DNA of 64,000 bases from Candidatus Fimenecus sp. (GTDB lineage Bacteria > Bacillota > Clostridia > Oscillospirales > Acutalibacteraceae): positions 46,700 to 110,699 of the forward strand of contig JAZQUG010000044.1 of the NCBI GenBank assembly GCA_045631225.1, read 5' to 3'. How positions within the stretch are numbered: position 1 is the stretch's first letter; every line of letters begins with the position of its first letter. Shown here piece after piece: positions 53,942-62,733 of this stretch. A program made the position numbers and the translations under genes. Under the pieces are notes generated by a model. The model did no database searches. It was not told the origin of the DNA and worked only from the letters and a program-made list of their open reading frames with translations.

Positions 53942-55342
53942 TTAGTTATTCTTTTCTTTCAATGCCTTTTCTTTATCTTTTTTCAAGAATGCGAGCATAG
54001 GGATGAAAATGAGTATTGCAACGATTGCTGCATAAAGGAACATTGCCTCTGTTGGGAGAACCTTTTCTGCACCATTTTCAATATATGTAACGTTTGAATT
54101 TTTTGTTGCAATATTGCCAAGAGTCGGACCAACAATCATTGGAATCATAACAAGGAAAATCATTCTTACACCCTGGAAAAGACCAACTTTATCCTGTGGG
54201 ATATTATCACGTACAGTTGCTGCAAACTGAATCATAATTACGATATAACCGATAAGCACAAGTGCAACACCGATAATCATACCATAAAGGTTCGTCTTTG
54301 CAAAGAATACTGTGAAAAGACCAACAATCAGGAAGAGTACACTTGGAATAAATGCTGCAGCCTTGTTCTTTGGATAAACCTTCATAAGAACTACAATTCC
54401 TGCCACAGCTACTACAATTGAAATAACTGCTACAACAATAAGGCTGATTGGAATTGATTTCAACATTTCTTCGTTTGCAGGAACAATAACTGAACCGAGA
54501 TAAATGAAGAGATATGGGAAGAACACCTGGAACGCACTGTTAAATGTACAACCTGATGCAAGAATCAAGTAAAGGTTGCTGTTTTCCTTAACAACATCCG
54601 GTCTGAAACCATAGAATAGGTCTGCCCAGTAACTTGTTTTTGGAGCGGTTTTATCTTTTTTAGCATCCTCAAGCTTCTTTGGATTTTCAACCAAGAAAAG
54701 AGCAGCAATACCAGCTAATGTAACAACTACACCAAGACCTATAAAAAATGTGCTATATGGAATTGCACCACCCTGTGCCATTGAACCAACAACCATAATC
54801 ACAGCCATTGAAATAAAGCCTACAAATGTAAATGCTGTCTCAACCTTTGCAGTTGTTTCAGGAGTTGTAACGTCAGTTACCCACGCCTGGAATGCAGAGT
54901 CGTTACTTGTTGAACCCATAAAAGTCATTACCATATCCATAATGATAACTACCCATGCAGTTGCAGTAACAATTTTAGCATTATCAGAAAGGCCAAGAAC
55001 ACTTGCAACATTTTCCTTTGTGATAAAACCGAAAAGGGCTGTTATAATACCCCAAGCAATATATCCGAAAGAAATAAACGCTTTACGGTTTTTCATTTTT
55101 TCACTGAGTGTACCCATAATAAATGTGGTAACAACCGCAGTGATTGCAGACAATGTAACCATAATGTTAACAGCATCTGTAAGAACCATTTTAGAACCAA
55201 ATGCACCGGCATCATAAACACAGTCATTCAAGAATGTGTTGAAATACATATTTTCCACATTCCATGCAAGGCCACCTATGAATGAACACATAAGCATACC
55301 TATCCAAAGACGTGCAGAAAGTTTTCCGTTATTTTTATTCAT
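53942..55342 (-). CDS. MFS transporter
   Basis: 466 aa, about 12 TM helices, upstream of nothing else on this strand and downstream of the GH13 gene. Confidence 0.75.
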   Translation of the reverse strand: MNKNNGKLSARLWIGMLMCSFIGGLAWNVENMYFNTFLNDCVYDAGAFGSKMVLTDAVNIMVTLSAITAVVTTFIMGTLSEKMKNRKAFISFGYIAWGIITALFGFITKENVASVLGLSDNAKIVTATAWVVIIMDMVMTFMGSTSNDSAFQAWVTDVTTPETTAKVETAFTFVGFISMAVIMVVGSMAQGGAIPYSTFFIGLGVVVTLAGIAALFLVENPKKLEDAKKDKTAPKTSYWADLFYGFRPDVVKENSNLYLILASGCTFNSAFQVFFPYLFIYLGSVIVPANEEMLKSIPISLIVVAVISIVVAVAGIVVLMKVYPKNKAAAFIPSVLFLIVGLFTVFFAKTNLYGMIIGVALVLIGYIVIMIQFAATVRDNIPQDKVGLFQGVRMIFLVMIPMIVGPTLGNIATKNSNVTYIENGAEKVLPTEAMFLYAAIVAILIFIPMLAFLKKDKEKALKEKNN

Positions 55343-55354
55343 TGTTTTTACCTC

Positions 55355-57028
55355 TTATTTAAAATAATATACACGAGCCTCATAAGGTCTTGTTACAAAA
55401 GAATTGTTTGTTAATGGGTTAAGTTTGTAGTTTGAAAGAACAAGTTCTCCCTTCGAAAGGTCAATTCCTGCAGGAGCTTCAAAATTCACACACTTTTCAG
55501 AGAATGAGCAAACTACAAGAAGCTTTTCACCATCAAGATTTCTTTCGTAAACAAAGAGTTTATCGCTGTCTTTATAATACTGCTTGAAATCACCATAAAT
55601 TGCAACTTCATGCTCTTTACGGAATTTAAGAAGTTTACGATAGTAATTAAGAATTGAGTTTTCGTCAGCTTCAGCCTGTGCCACATTGATTTCTGTATAA
55701 TTCGGATTAAGGCTGAACCAAGGTTCAGCTGTTGAGAAACCTGCATATTCACTATCATCCCACTGAACCGGTGTTCTTGAATTTTCACGTGAACCTGCAT
55801 TAGCCATCTTGATAAACTTATCACCCTTAATACCAAGTTTATTGAACATAATCTGATTATTAAAAGTAATCATATCCTTGAATTCATCAATTGAATGGAG
55901 CTCGATATTTGTCATACCGATTTCCTGACCCTGATAAATAAACGGAGTACCCTTTTGAAGATAGCACATTGTTGCAAGCATCTTACCGCTTTCTACTCTG
56001 TATTTAAGGCTACCGTAACGGTCAATAATTCTTGGATGGTCGTGGTTTTCAAGATAAAGAGTATGCCATCCTTTGCCATCCATAGCATCATACCATTTTT
56101 GGTAGCATTTTTTCATTTTCTTAAGATTAAACGGAGTCTTAATCCAGTCTGTCATAAAGCAGTCTGCTTCAAGATGGTCAAAGCTGAACATAGTCTTAAG
56201 AACCTGAGTATCGTCTTCCTTAACGAAACGAAGAACCTTTTCAGGAGTGATAAGCGGACCTTCACCTACTGTAAAGCAATCGTACTTTGAAAGGACATCA
56301 TCGTGGAATTCCTTAAGATATTTATAAAGATGAGGACCACAATTATAATGTTCCATACCTGCAGCTACAGGAATTGGAATAGCATTTGGAAGACCCTCTC
56401 TCTTTGAAATATATGTAATAACATCTTCACGGAATCCGTCAACACCCATATCAAGCCAGAATTTCATAATATCCTTGACTTCCTGACGAACTTTAGGGTT
56501 ATCCATATTAAGGTCAGGCTGACCCTTTGTAAATACGTGAAGATAATATTCGTCAACTGCCGGAACATACTCCCATGCACCACCCTCAAATGTTGACATC
56601 CAGTTGTTAGGTGGTCTCTTACCGTTTTTACCCTTACCTTTTCTCCAGATATAGTAATCATGATAAGGATTATCTATGCTCTTACAAGCCTCTTTGAACC
56701 AACGGTGTTCAGTTGAAGTGTGATTAACAACAAGGTCCATAAACACCTTCATTCCACGTTCATGACAACCTGCAAGAACTTTTTTGAAGGTTTCCATATC
56801 ACCATATTCAGGATTGATATCCATATAGTCTGCGATGTCGTAACCGTAGTCAGCATTAGGTGATTTGAAAAGTGGTGAGAACCAGATAGCATCAACACCA
56901 ATAGACTTAACATAGTCAAGCTTTGAGTAAATACCCTCAAGGTCACCGATACCGTCGCCATTTGAGTCTTTAAAACTTCTTGGCCAAATCTGATAAACTA
57001 CCATTTCCTTATACCAAGTTTTTTTCAT
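55355..57028 (-). CDS. GH13 alpha-glucosidase (oligo-1,6-glucosidase-like)
   Basis: DLVVNHTS, VDGFREDVI, TVGEG and YLENHDHPR conserved regions. ATG 57028 has an AAGGGGTG RBS. Confidence 0.9.
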   Translation of the reverse strand: MKKTWYKEMVVYQIWPRSFKDSNGDGIGDLEGIYSKLDYVKSIGVDAIWFSPLFKSPNADYGYDIADYMDINPEYGDMETFKKVLAGCHERGMKVFMDLVVNHTSTEHRWFKEACKSIDNPYHDYYIWRKGKGKNGKRPPNNWMSTFEGGAWEYVPAVDEYYLHVFTKGQPDLNMDNPKVRQEVKDIMKFWLDMGVDGFREDVITYISKREGLPNAIPIPVAAGMEHYNCGPHLYKYLKEFHDDVLSKYDCFTVGEGPLITPEKVLRFVKEDDTQVLKTMFSFDHLEADCFMTDWIKTPFNLKKMKKCYQKWYDAMDGKGWHTLYLENHDHPRIIDRYGSLKYRVESGKMLATMCYLQKGTPFIYQGQEIGMTNIELHSIDEFKDMITFNNQIMFNKLGIKGDKFIKMANAGSRENSRTPVQWDDSEYAGFSTAEPWFSLNPNYTEINVAQAEADENSILNYYRKLLKFRKEHEVAIYGDFKQYYKDSDKLFVYERNLDGEKLLVVCSFSEKCVNFEAPAGIDLSKGELVLSNYKLNPLTNNSFVTRPYEARVYYFK

Positions 57029-57057
57029 AAAATAACACCCCTTCATATAAATGTTTT

Positions 57058-57098
57058 CATACGTAATACATTATAACATACGTACAATTGAAAAACAA
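57058..57098 (-). promoter_or_regulatory. Candidate promoter of the GH13-MFS operon, bracketed by direct repeats
   Basis: On the minus strand: TTGTTT (57098-57093), 17-nt spacer, TATAAT (57075-57070). TACGTATG direct repeats (CATACGTA on + at 57058-57065 and 57077-57084) flank the -10. Confidence 0.45.
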
Positions 57099-57164
57099 TT
57101 ATTATTATAATGTTTTTAAGTTTCTACTGACAAAAAATACTTTAAATTTTTATGTAATTTGACA

Positions 57165-57197
57165 TAAAAAAGCGGGAGAAACCTTGCGATTTCTCCC
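57165..57197 (-). terminator. Intrinsic terminator of the lipoprotein gene
   Basis: GGGAGAAA-CCTTGCGA-TTTCTCCC hairpin followed by a U-run on the minus strand. Confidence 0.65.
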
Positions 57198-57214
57198 ACC
57201 TTGTATGCTTTGTC

Positions 57215-58084
57215 TTATTTCACTTCAAAGATACAACTCTGAAGTTCTACTTCACCTGTTGCTTTATCTTCATAAGAAACTGATAATGTCCATGTTTCAT
57301 TGCCAATCTTCTGCTCGAAAATCATAGCAACCTTAGAATGAGTGTAGTCATTTCCCTTATAGTATTCCGAAACATTAATGCTTATTGGTTTACCAAAAGT
57401 ATTAACAAAATCTGCATATGTCGAACCTGTTGTTCCTGCCTTACCATCAATTGTAAATTCAGCCCAAACTTGTTCTGTAATTGTTTTGAGAATACCAATT
57501 TCAGTAATCACGCAATCAGCAAGAGCCATACTTGTTGAAGTTTTGTTTGTAACAACAAGTTTTGTTGTCTTACCGGCATTGTTTTTAAGAATAACGCTTG
57601 TTTCATCACCTGCTTCTATTGCAGCATTAGCATCCTTTTTACTGATTATTGTCCAACCGTTTGCTACAAAGTCCTTAAGAAGTGTTTCGTTAAGAACAAA
57701 CTTTGTACCTTCTGTATCAACATTTGCTGAAAGTGTATTGCCTGTAGAATTTTTAATCTCGTATCTCTTTATAATAAATGTAACACCTGATGACGCTGTT
57801 GTATTCGGAGCTGCACTTTTTAAATTATAATTATCGAAACCAACAACCTTAAAGAGTGCTGCAGGTTCAGTAAGATTTGGATTTTCAAAAGGTGCCGCAG
57901 TTGTTGTTTCAGGTCTTGGCTTTCTCTTTGTTGTATCTTCCTCACCATCTGTTGTCTGTTCATCAGCCTGATTTTCAGTTGTTTTGTTAACATCTTCGCC
58001 AGCATCAGGAGTTTCGTTCTTATTACAAGCAGCAAACGAGAACAAAAGAGTGAGAACTAAAAATATTGCTAAAAATCTTTTCAT
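57215..58084 (-). CDS. Lipoprotein of unknown function
   Basis: Lipobox LLFSFAAC, a low-complexity acidic linker, and an AAGGAG RBS. Confidence 0.7.
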   Translation of the reverse strand: MKRFLAIFLVLTLLFSFAACNKNETPDAGEDVNKTTENQADEQTTDGEEDTTKRKPRPETTTAAPFENPNLTEPAALFKVVGFDNYNLKSAAPNTTASSGVTFIIKRYEIKNSTGNTLSANVDTEGTKFVLNETLLKDFVANGWTIISKKDANAAIEAGDETSVILKNNAGKTTKLVVTNKTSTSMALADCVITEIGILKTITEQVWAEFTIDGKAGTTGSTYADFVNTFGKPISINVSEYYKGNDYTHSKVAMIFEQKIGNETWTLSVSYEDKATGEVELQSCIFEVK

Positions 58085-58158
58085 AATTAATTGTCTCCTT
58101 GATTTTAATATCTAACCAATATATTATATCATACTTTTTTTATATGTACAAGTGTAAA

Positions 58159-59061
58159 TTACTTTATTCCAAGATTCGATTCTATCATATAGTGGTCAGA
58201 AACATTGGTTTTTGCACCTGTTTCTGTTACAACCCTATAACTGTTTACACTAAAATTGTCATTCACAAAAATATAGTCAATTGGTCTGCCGACAGTTTCT
58301 TTCGTCCAACCATTGTATGTAACCATATTGTCGCCATTCTCTACTGTCTTGTTAGCGTTTTTATAGCCTTTTTCTTCCAGCGCCAAGCATCCCGGTGCAT
58401 CACTGTACTGATTAAAGTCACCTGTTATAACAACAGGAATATCACCATATTTTGATACGATTTCCTTTGACTTTTCACCAACAAGCTTTCCTCCCAATTC
58501 CTGCGCATCCTCACTTGTATTATCAAAATGAGTATTGAAATGAGCAAAAACTTTTCCTGTCACCTTATTTTTAAGAATCACATAAGAACATATTCTGTAA
58601 CAACCTGCATCCTTGTATTTTGATTCCACTTCCAGTGTTTCTGAAATCCAGAAAGTATTACAATCAACAAGTTCAAACTTATCTTTAAGATAAAAGATAC
58701 CATTCATTTCTGACTGTTTTTCGTTGCTATCTCCACCTCGTTTTACACCATAGTAGTCATACTGTGGCAAAAACTCCTCCATTTTTTTCACCCAATTACT
58801 GTTGATTTCCTGAACACCAAGAACATCAGGTAAATTATCGTTAATCTGTTGTGCAAAAAGCTTTGCTCGTTTATTAGTACCTGTACCTTCGAGAACATTT
58901 CCCCAAGGTGCTGCAGTATTGTATGATGCAACGATTATATTTTCATTATCTTTGACTCTTTCGTCTGTTGTTTTAATCACAACATCACCTCCAAAAAATG
59001 ATGGAACTGCTATTACTGCTACCGCAATGGCACAGATAACTGTTATAAGGATTTTCTTCAT
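58159..59061 (-). CDS. Endonuclease/exonuclease/phosphatase (EEP) family protein, N-terminally anchored or secreted
   Basis: ATG 59061 (MKKILITV...) has a GAGGTG RBS. EEP motifs LGVQE, TGDFN and SDHYMI. Confidence 0.8.
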   Translation of the reverse strand: MKKILITVICAIAVAVIAVPSFFGGDVVIKTTDERVKDNENIIVASYNTAAPWGNVLEGTGTNKRAKLFAQQINDNLPDVLGVQEINSNWVKKMEEFLPQYDYYGVKRGGDSNEKQSEMNGIFYLKDKFELVDCNTFWISETLEVESKYKDAGCYRICSYVILKNKVTGKVFAHFNTHFDNTSEDAQELGGKLVGEKSKEIVSKYGDIPVVITGDFNQYSDAPGCLALEEKGYKNANKTVENGDNMVTYNGWTKETVGRPIDYIFVNDNFSVNSYRVVTETGAKTNVSDHYMIESNLGIK

Positions 59062-59189
59062 TAAAATCACCTCTTTACATAATTTATCACAAAAATACTT
59101 ATCGGTCAATTCTGTATTGTAAAATTAAATATAATGTGATAATATATTATTTGGTATATTATCATCAATTTGAAATATAGGTGAATGGT

Positions 59190-60548
59190 ATGAATATTGT
59201 AATTGTAGGTGACGGTAAAGTCGGTGCAACACTTGTTGAGCATCTTTCGACTGAGGGACACGACGTTGTTGTCATTGACCGCGACCAGAAAATTGTTGAG
59301 CAGATGGTAAACTCATTTGATGTAATGGGTATTTGCGGAAACGGTGCTAACTGTGAAGTGCAGCTTGAAGCAGGTGTCCAATCCGCTGACCTTTTTATCG
59401 CAGCAACATCATCTGATGAACTGAATATATTAAGTTGTCTTATGGCTAAAAAAGCAGGTGCAGCTCATACAATTGCAAGAGTGAGAAATCCTGATTACCT
59501 TAATCAGCTCCCATTCTTTAAAGATGCACTGGGGCTTAGTATGATTGTAAACCCTGAACTTGACGCTGCAAACGAAATCGCAAAAGTGCTTCGTTTTCCT
59601 AATGCCACAAATATCGAAACTTTTTATCGTGGGCTTGTTGACCTTGTTGAGCTTAAAATTGACTCAGGAAACCCACTTTGCAATATGCAATTGACAGACA
59701 TTTTTAACAAGTTTGATGTTAAAATCCTTGTTTGTGCTGTTCAAAGAAAAAATGAAGTTATCATTCCTCGTGGTGATTTTATTCTTCAGGCCGGAGACAA
59801 AATTCACGTTACTGCACCAAGAGGCGTTCTTGTCAGTTTCTTAAAGCAACTTAAAATTTATAAACATCGCACAAGAGATATTATGATTATTGGTGGCGGT
59901 AAGATGGGTTATTATCTTGCTCGTCAGCTTTGTGAAACAGGTGGATACAATGTAAAAATCATTGAGAATAACCTTGAACGTTGCGAAAAACTCTGCGAAC
60001 TACTTCCACAAGCAGATATTATTCACGGTGATGGTACTGACAGAAGTATCCTGATGGAACAAGGAATTGAGGGACAAGATGCCTTTGTTGCCCTTACAAC
60101 AATCGACGAAGAAAATATTATTTCTACAATGTACGCTTCATCACTTGGTGTGAGTAAAACTGTTGCAAAGGTTAATCGTGTTTCATATGAAGTGCTTGAA
60201 AGCATCGGTATGGACAGTGCAATTTCGTCAAAGGCGATTGCAGCAAACAGAATTCTTGCCTATGCCCGAGCACTCGAAAACTCAGGTGAAGAATCAAGTG
60301 TTCAGACACTCTACAAACTTGTTGGTGGTCAGGTTGAAGCTCTTGAATTTAAAATCGAAACAGATTTCTCTCAGATTGATGTTCCTCTTCGTGATTTAAA
60401 ACTTAAACACGATACGCTGATTGCTTGCATAATCAGGAATCACAAAGTTATTTATCCGGGTGGTAATGATTGCATTGAATTAAACGACCGTGTTGTAATT
60501 GTTACAAAAAGTAATCATATAAGCAGTATCAACGAAATTTTTGAGTAA
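59190..60548 (+). CDS. trkA: Trk system potassium uptake protein TrkA (double RCK/NAD-binding)
   Basis: Two GxGxxG Rossmann motifs (IVGDGKVG, IIGGGKMG) and two RCK_C regions. Confidence 0.9.
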   Translation: MNIVIVGDGKVGATLVEHLSTEGHDVVVIDRDQKIVEQMVNSFDVMGICGNGANCEVQLEAGVQSADLFIAATSSDELNILSCLMAKKAGAAHTIARVRNPDYLNQLPFFKDALGLSMIVNPELDAANEIAKVLRFPNATNIETFYRGLVDLVELKIDSGNPLCNMQLTDIFNKFDVKILVCAVQRKNEVIIPRGDFILQAGDKIHVTAPRGVLVSFLKQLKIYKHRTRDIMIIGGGKMGYYLARQLCETGGYNVKIIENNLERCEKLCELLPQADIIHGDGTDRSILMEQGIEGQDAFVALTTIDEENIISTMYASSLGVSKTVAKVNRVSYEVLESIGMDSAISSKAIAANRILAYARALENSGEESSVQTLYKLVGGQVEALEFKIETDFSQIDVPLRDLKLKHDTLIACIIRNHKVIYPGGNDCIELNDRVVIVTKSNHISSINEIFE

Positions 60549-60559
60549 GGCGAAAATAA

Positions 60560-62005
60560 ATGAATTACAAAATTGTCTCAAAAACAGTAGGCAGACTTTT
60601 GTGGGCAGAAGCTGCACTTCTTTGCTTACCATTGTTTGTTTCACTGTACTATAAAGAAAATCTTTTCCACATTTATTTAATAGTAATCGGACTTTTGCTC
60701 GGTGTCGGAGCTATAATGAATGTACCAAAGCTTGAAAAGAGAACTGTATATGCCCGTGAAGGCTTTGTTATTGTATCTATTTCCTGGATTATGCTCTCAT
60801 TCTTCGGTGCATTACCATTTGTCTTTTCAGGTGAAATTCCATCACTAATCGATGCTATGTTTGAAGTTGTTTCAGGATTCACCACAACAGGTGCCACAAT
60901 CCTCAATGACATTGAATCAATGTCAAAAAGTCTTCTTTTCTGGCGAGCATTCACCCATTGGATTGGCGGTATGGGAATACTTATGTTCGTTCTCGCCTTT
61001 CTTCCGCAGAAGGATATGCAGTCTATGCATATTATGCGAGCTGAAGTTCCCGGACCAAGCGTAGGTAAGCTTGTTTCAAAAACAACCGTGACGGCACGAA
61101 TTCTTTATATTATCTATGCAGCATTCACAGTTGCTGAAATCATTGCGTTGCTCTGCTGTAAAATGCCTCTTTTTGATAGTGTAACAACCGCATTTGCAAC
61201 AGCAGGTACCGGTGGTTTTTCTGTAAAAAATGCAAGTATTGCTGCGTACAACAGTCTCTCCATTGAAGTTGTATGTACACTCTTTATGTTGCTCTTCGGA
61301 ATAAACTTTAACTTGTTCTATCTGATTTTAATCAAACAATTTAAACGAGCAATAAAAAGTGAAGAACTTTGGACATATCTTGGCATAATCGCTGTATCAA
61401 TCGGAATCATTACTCTTAACATTGCTCCACTTGTTAACTCTTTTGGCACAGCATTAAGACAAGCTGCGTTTCAGGTTGTTTCGGTAATTACAACAACAGG
61501 TTTTATTACTGCCGATTTTAACAATTGGCCAATGATTTCGCAGATTATTATTATTTCATTGATGTTTATCGGTGCTTGTGGAGGTTCAACAGGTGGCGGC
61601 TTAAAGGTCGGACGAATTATTATTCTTTTCAAATCCTGTGTGCGAGAATTAAAAAGAGCACTTAATCCAAGACGTGTTAAGAGTATTCGTCTTGATAGTG
61701 CAGTTCTCGAAAAAGAAACAGCATCTGCAACTTGTGTTTATTTTGTTGTTTATATGTTTGTTATAGCAGCTTCAATATTGCTTGTTTCAATTAACAATCA
61801 CGACTTCGCAACAACTTTTTCTTCCGTTATAACTTGTATTAACAACGTTGGTCCCGGCTTATCTCTTGTGGGTCCTGTTGAAAACTTCACAGTAATGTCA
61901 TCACTATCAAAAATTGTTCTTACACTTGATATGCTCATCGGCAGACTTGAAGTTCTTCCTATGATGATATTGTTTCTTCCATCTACATGGAGAAAAAACA
62001 GTTAA
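60560..62005 (+). CDS. trkH: TrkH-family potassium uptake membrane protein
   Basis: 481 aa, polytopic, with repeated selectivity-filter-like GFTTTGA/TAGTGG/TTTGF/STGGG motifs. Confidence 0.9.
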   Translation: MNYKIVSKTVGRLLWAEAALLCLPLFVSLYYKENLFHIYLIVIGLLLGVGAIMNVPKLEKRTVYAREGFVIVSISWIMLSFFGALPFVFSGEIPSLIDAMFEVVSGFTTTGATILNDIESMSKSLLFWRAFTHWIGGMGILMFVLAFLPQKDMQSMHIMRAEVPGPSVGKLVSKTTVTARILYIIYAAFTVAEIIALLCCKMPLFDSVTTAFATAGTGGFSVKNASIAAYNSLSIEVVCTLFMLLFGINFNLFYLILIKQFKRAIKSEELWTYLGIIAVSIGIITLNIAPLVNSFGTALRQAAFQVVSVITTTGFITADFNNWPMISQIIIISLMFIGACGGSTGGGLKVGRIIILFKSCVRELKRALNPRRVKSIRLDSAVLEKETASATCVYFVVYMFVIAASILLVSINNHDFATTFSSVITCINNVGPGLSLVGPVENFTVMSSLSKIVLTLDMLIGRLEVLPMMILFLPSTWRKNS

Positions 62006-62020
62006 TAAACATAAAAACAG

Positions 62021-62060
62021 AAAAGAGTTAACACTGTAATTTTTGTGTTAACTCTTTTTT
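62021..62060. terminator. Bidirectional intrinsic terminator between the convergent K+ uptake operons
   Basis: GAGTTAACAC-TGTAATTTTT-GTGTTAACTC hairpin flanked by an A-run and a T-run. Confidence 0.75.
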
Positions 62061-62061
62061 C

Positions 62062-62712
62062 TTATCTCATTTTTTCAAGTTTATTCCGATTGGCAACAAC
62101 AATCAATTTCATATCAGACTCCAATGGTTTATTAGGGTCTATTTCTGTTGTAACATTGTTATCCTGTTGAATAGCGATAACATTAATTGAATATTTTTTT
62201 CTTAAATTCAAATCAACAAGCGTTTTTCCAATCCATTCTTCCTTAATATCAAATTCCACAAGTGAAATATTATTTGTCAATTCAAGAATATCCACAAAGC
62301 CTGAACTCAAAAGATTTTTTGCAAGACGCACACCTGCTTCAAATTCAGGTAAAACAACTTTATCTGCACCAATTTTGCTTAAAATCTTGCACTGTCTTTC
62401 ATTGGCACACTTAACAATCACATTTTTCACTCCGGCATCTTTGCACAAAGTTGTAGCCATAACACTTGTTTCAAGATTGCTTGCGACGGCAATAATCACA
62501 ACATCAATGTTTGAAATTCCCAGTTGCATTATTGCATCTTCATCTGTAATATCTGCACATTTACAAAGTGGGAACTCATCAACCACATCATTTATAACAT
62601 CTTCCTGCAAATCCACAACAAGAACTTCTGCACCACTATCAACAAGCTCCTTTGCAACAGCATATCCGTATCTTCCTAAACCAAGAACAGCATAAGAATA
62701 ATTTGTTTTCAT
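62062..62712 (-). CDS. TrkA/KtrA-type RCK potassium uptake regulatory subunit
   Basis: 216 aa, with GLGRYG Rossmann motif and an RCK_C region. Confidence 0.88.
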   Translation of the reverse strand: MKTNYSYAVLGLGRYGYAVAKELVDSGAEVLVVDLQEDVINDVVDEFPLCKCADITDEDAIMQLGISNIDVVIIAVASNLETSVMATTLCKDAGVKNVIVKCANERQCKILSKIGADKVVLPEFEAGVRLAKNLLSSGFVDILELTNNISLVEFDIKEEWIGKTLVDLNLRKKYSINVIAIQQDNNVTTEIDPNKPLESDMKLIVVANRNKLEKMR

Positions 62713-62733
62713 AATATTCCTTTCCGGGTATAA

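Noticed and set aside
59110-59189. c-di-AMP (ydaO/kimA-type) riboswitch upstream of trkA
   Set aside because: The intergenic region is only about 80 nt and AT-rich, with no long-range pairing. It is too short for that riboswitch class.
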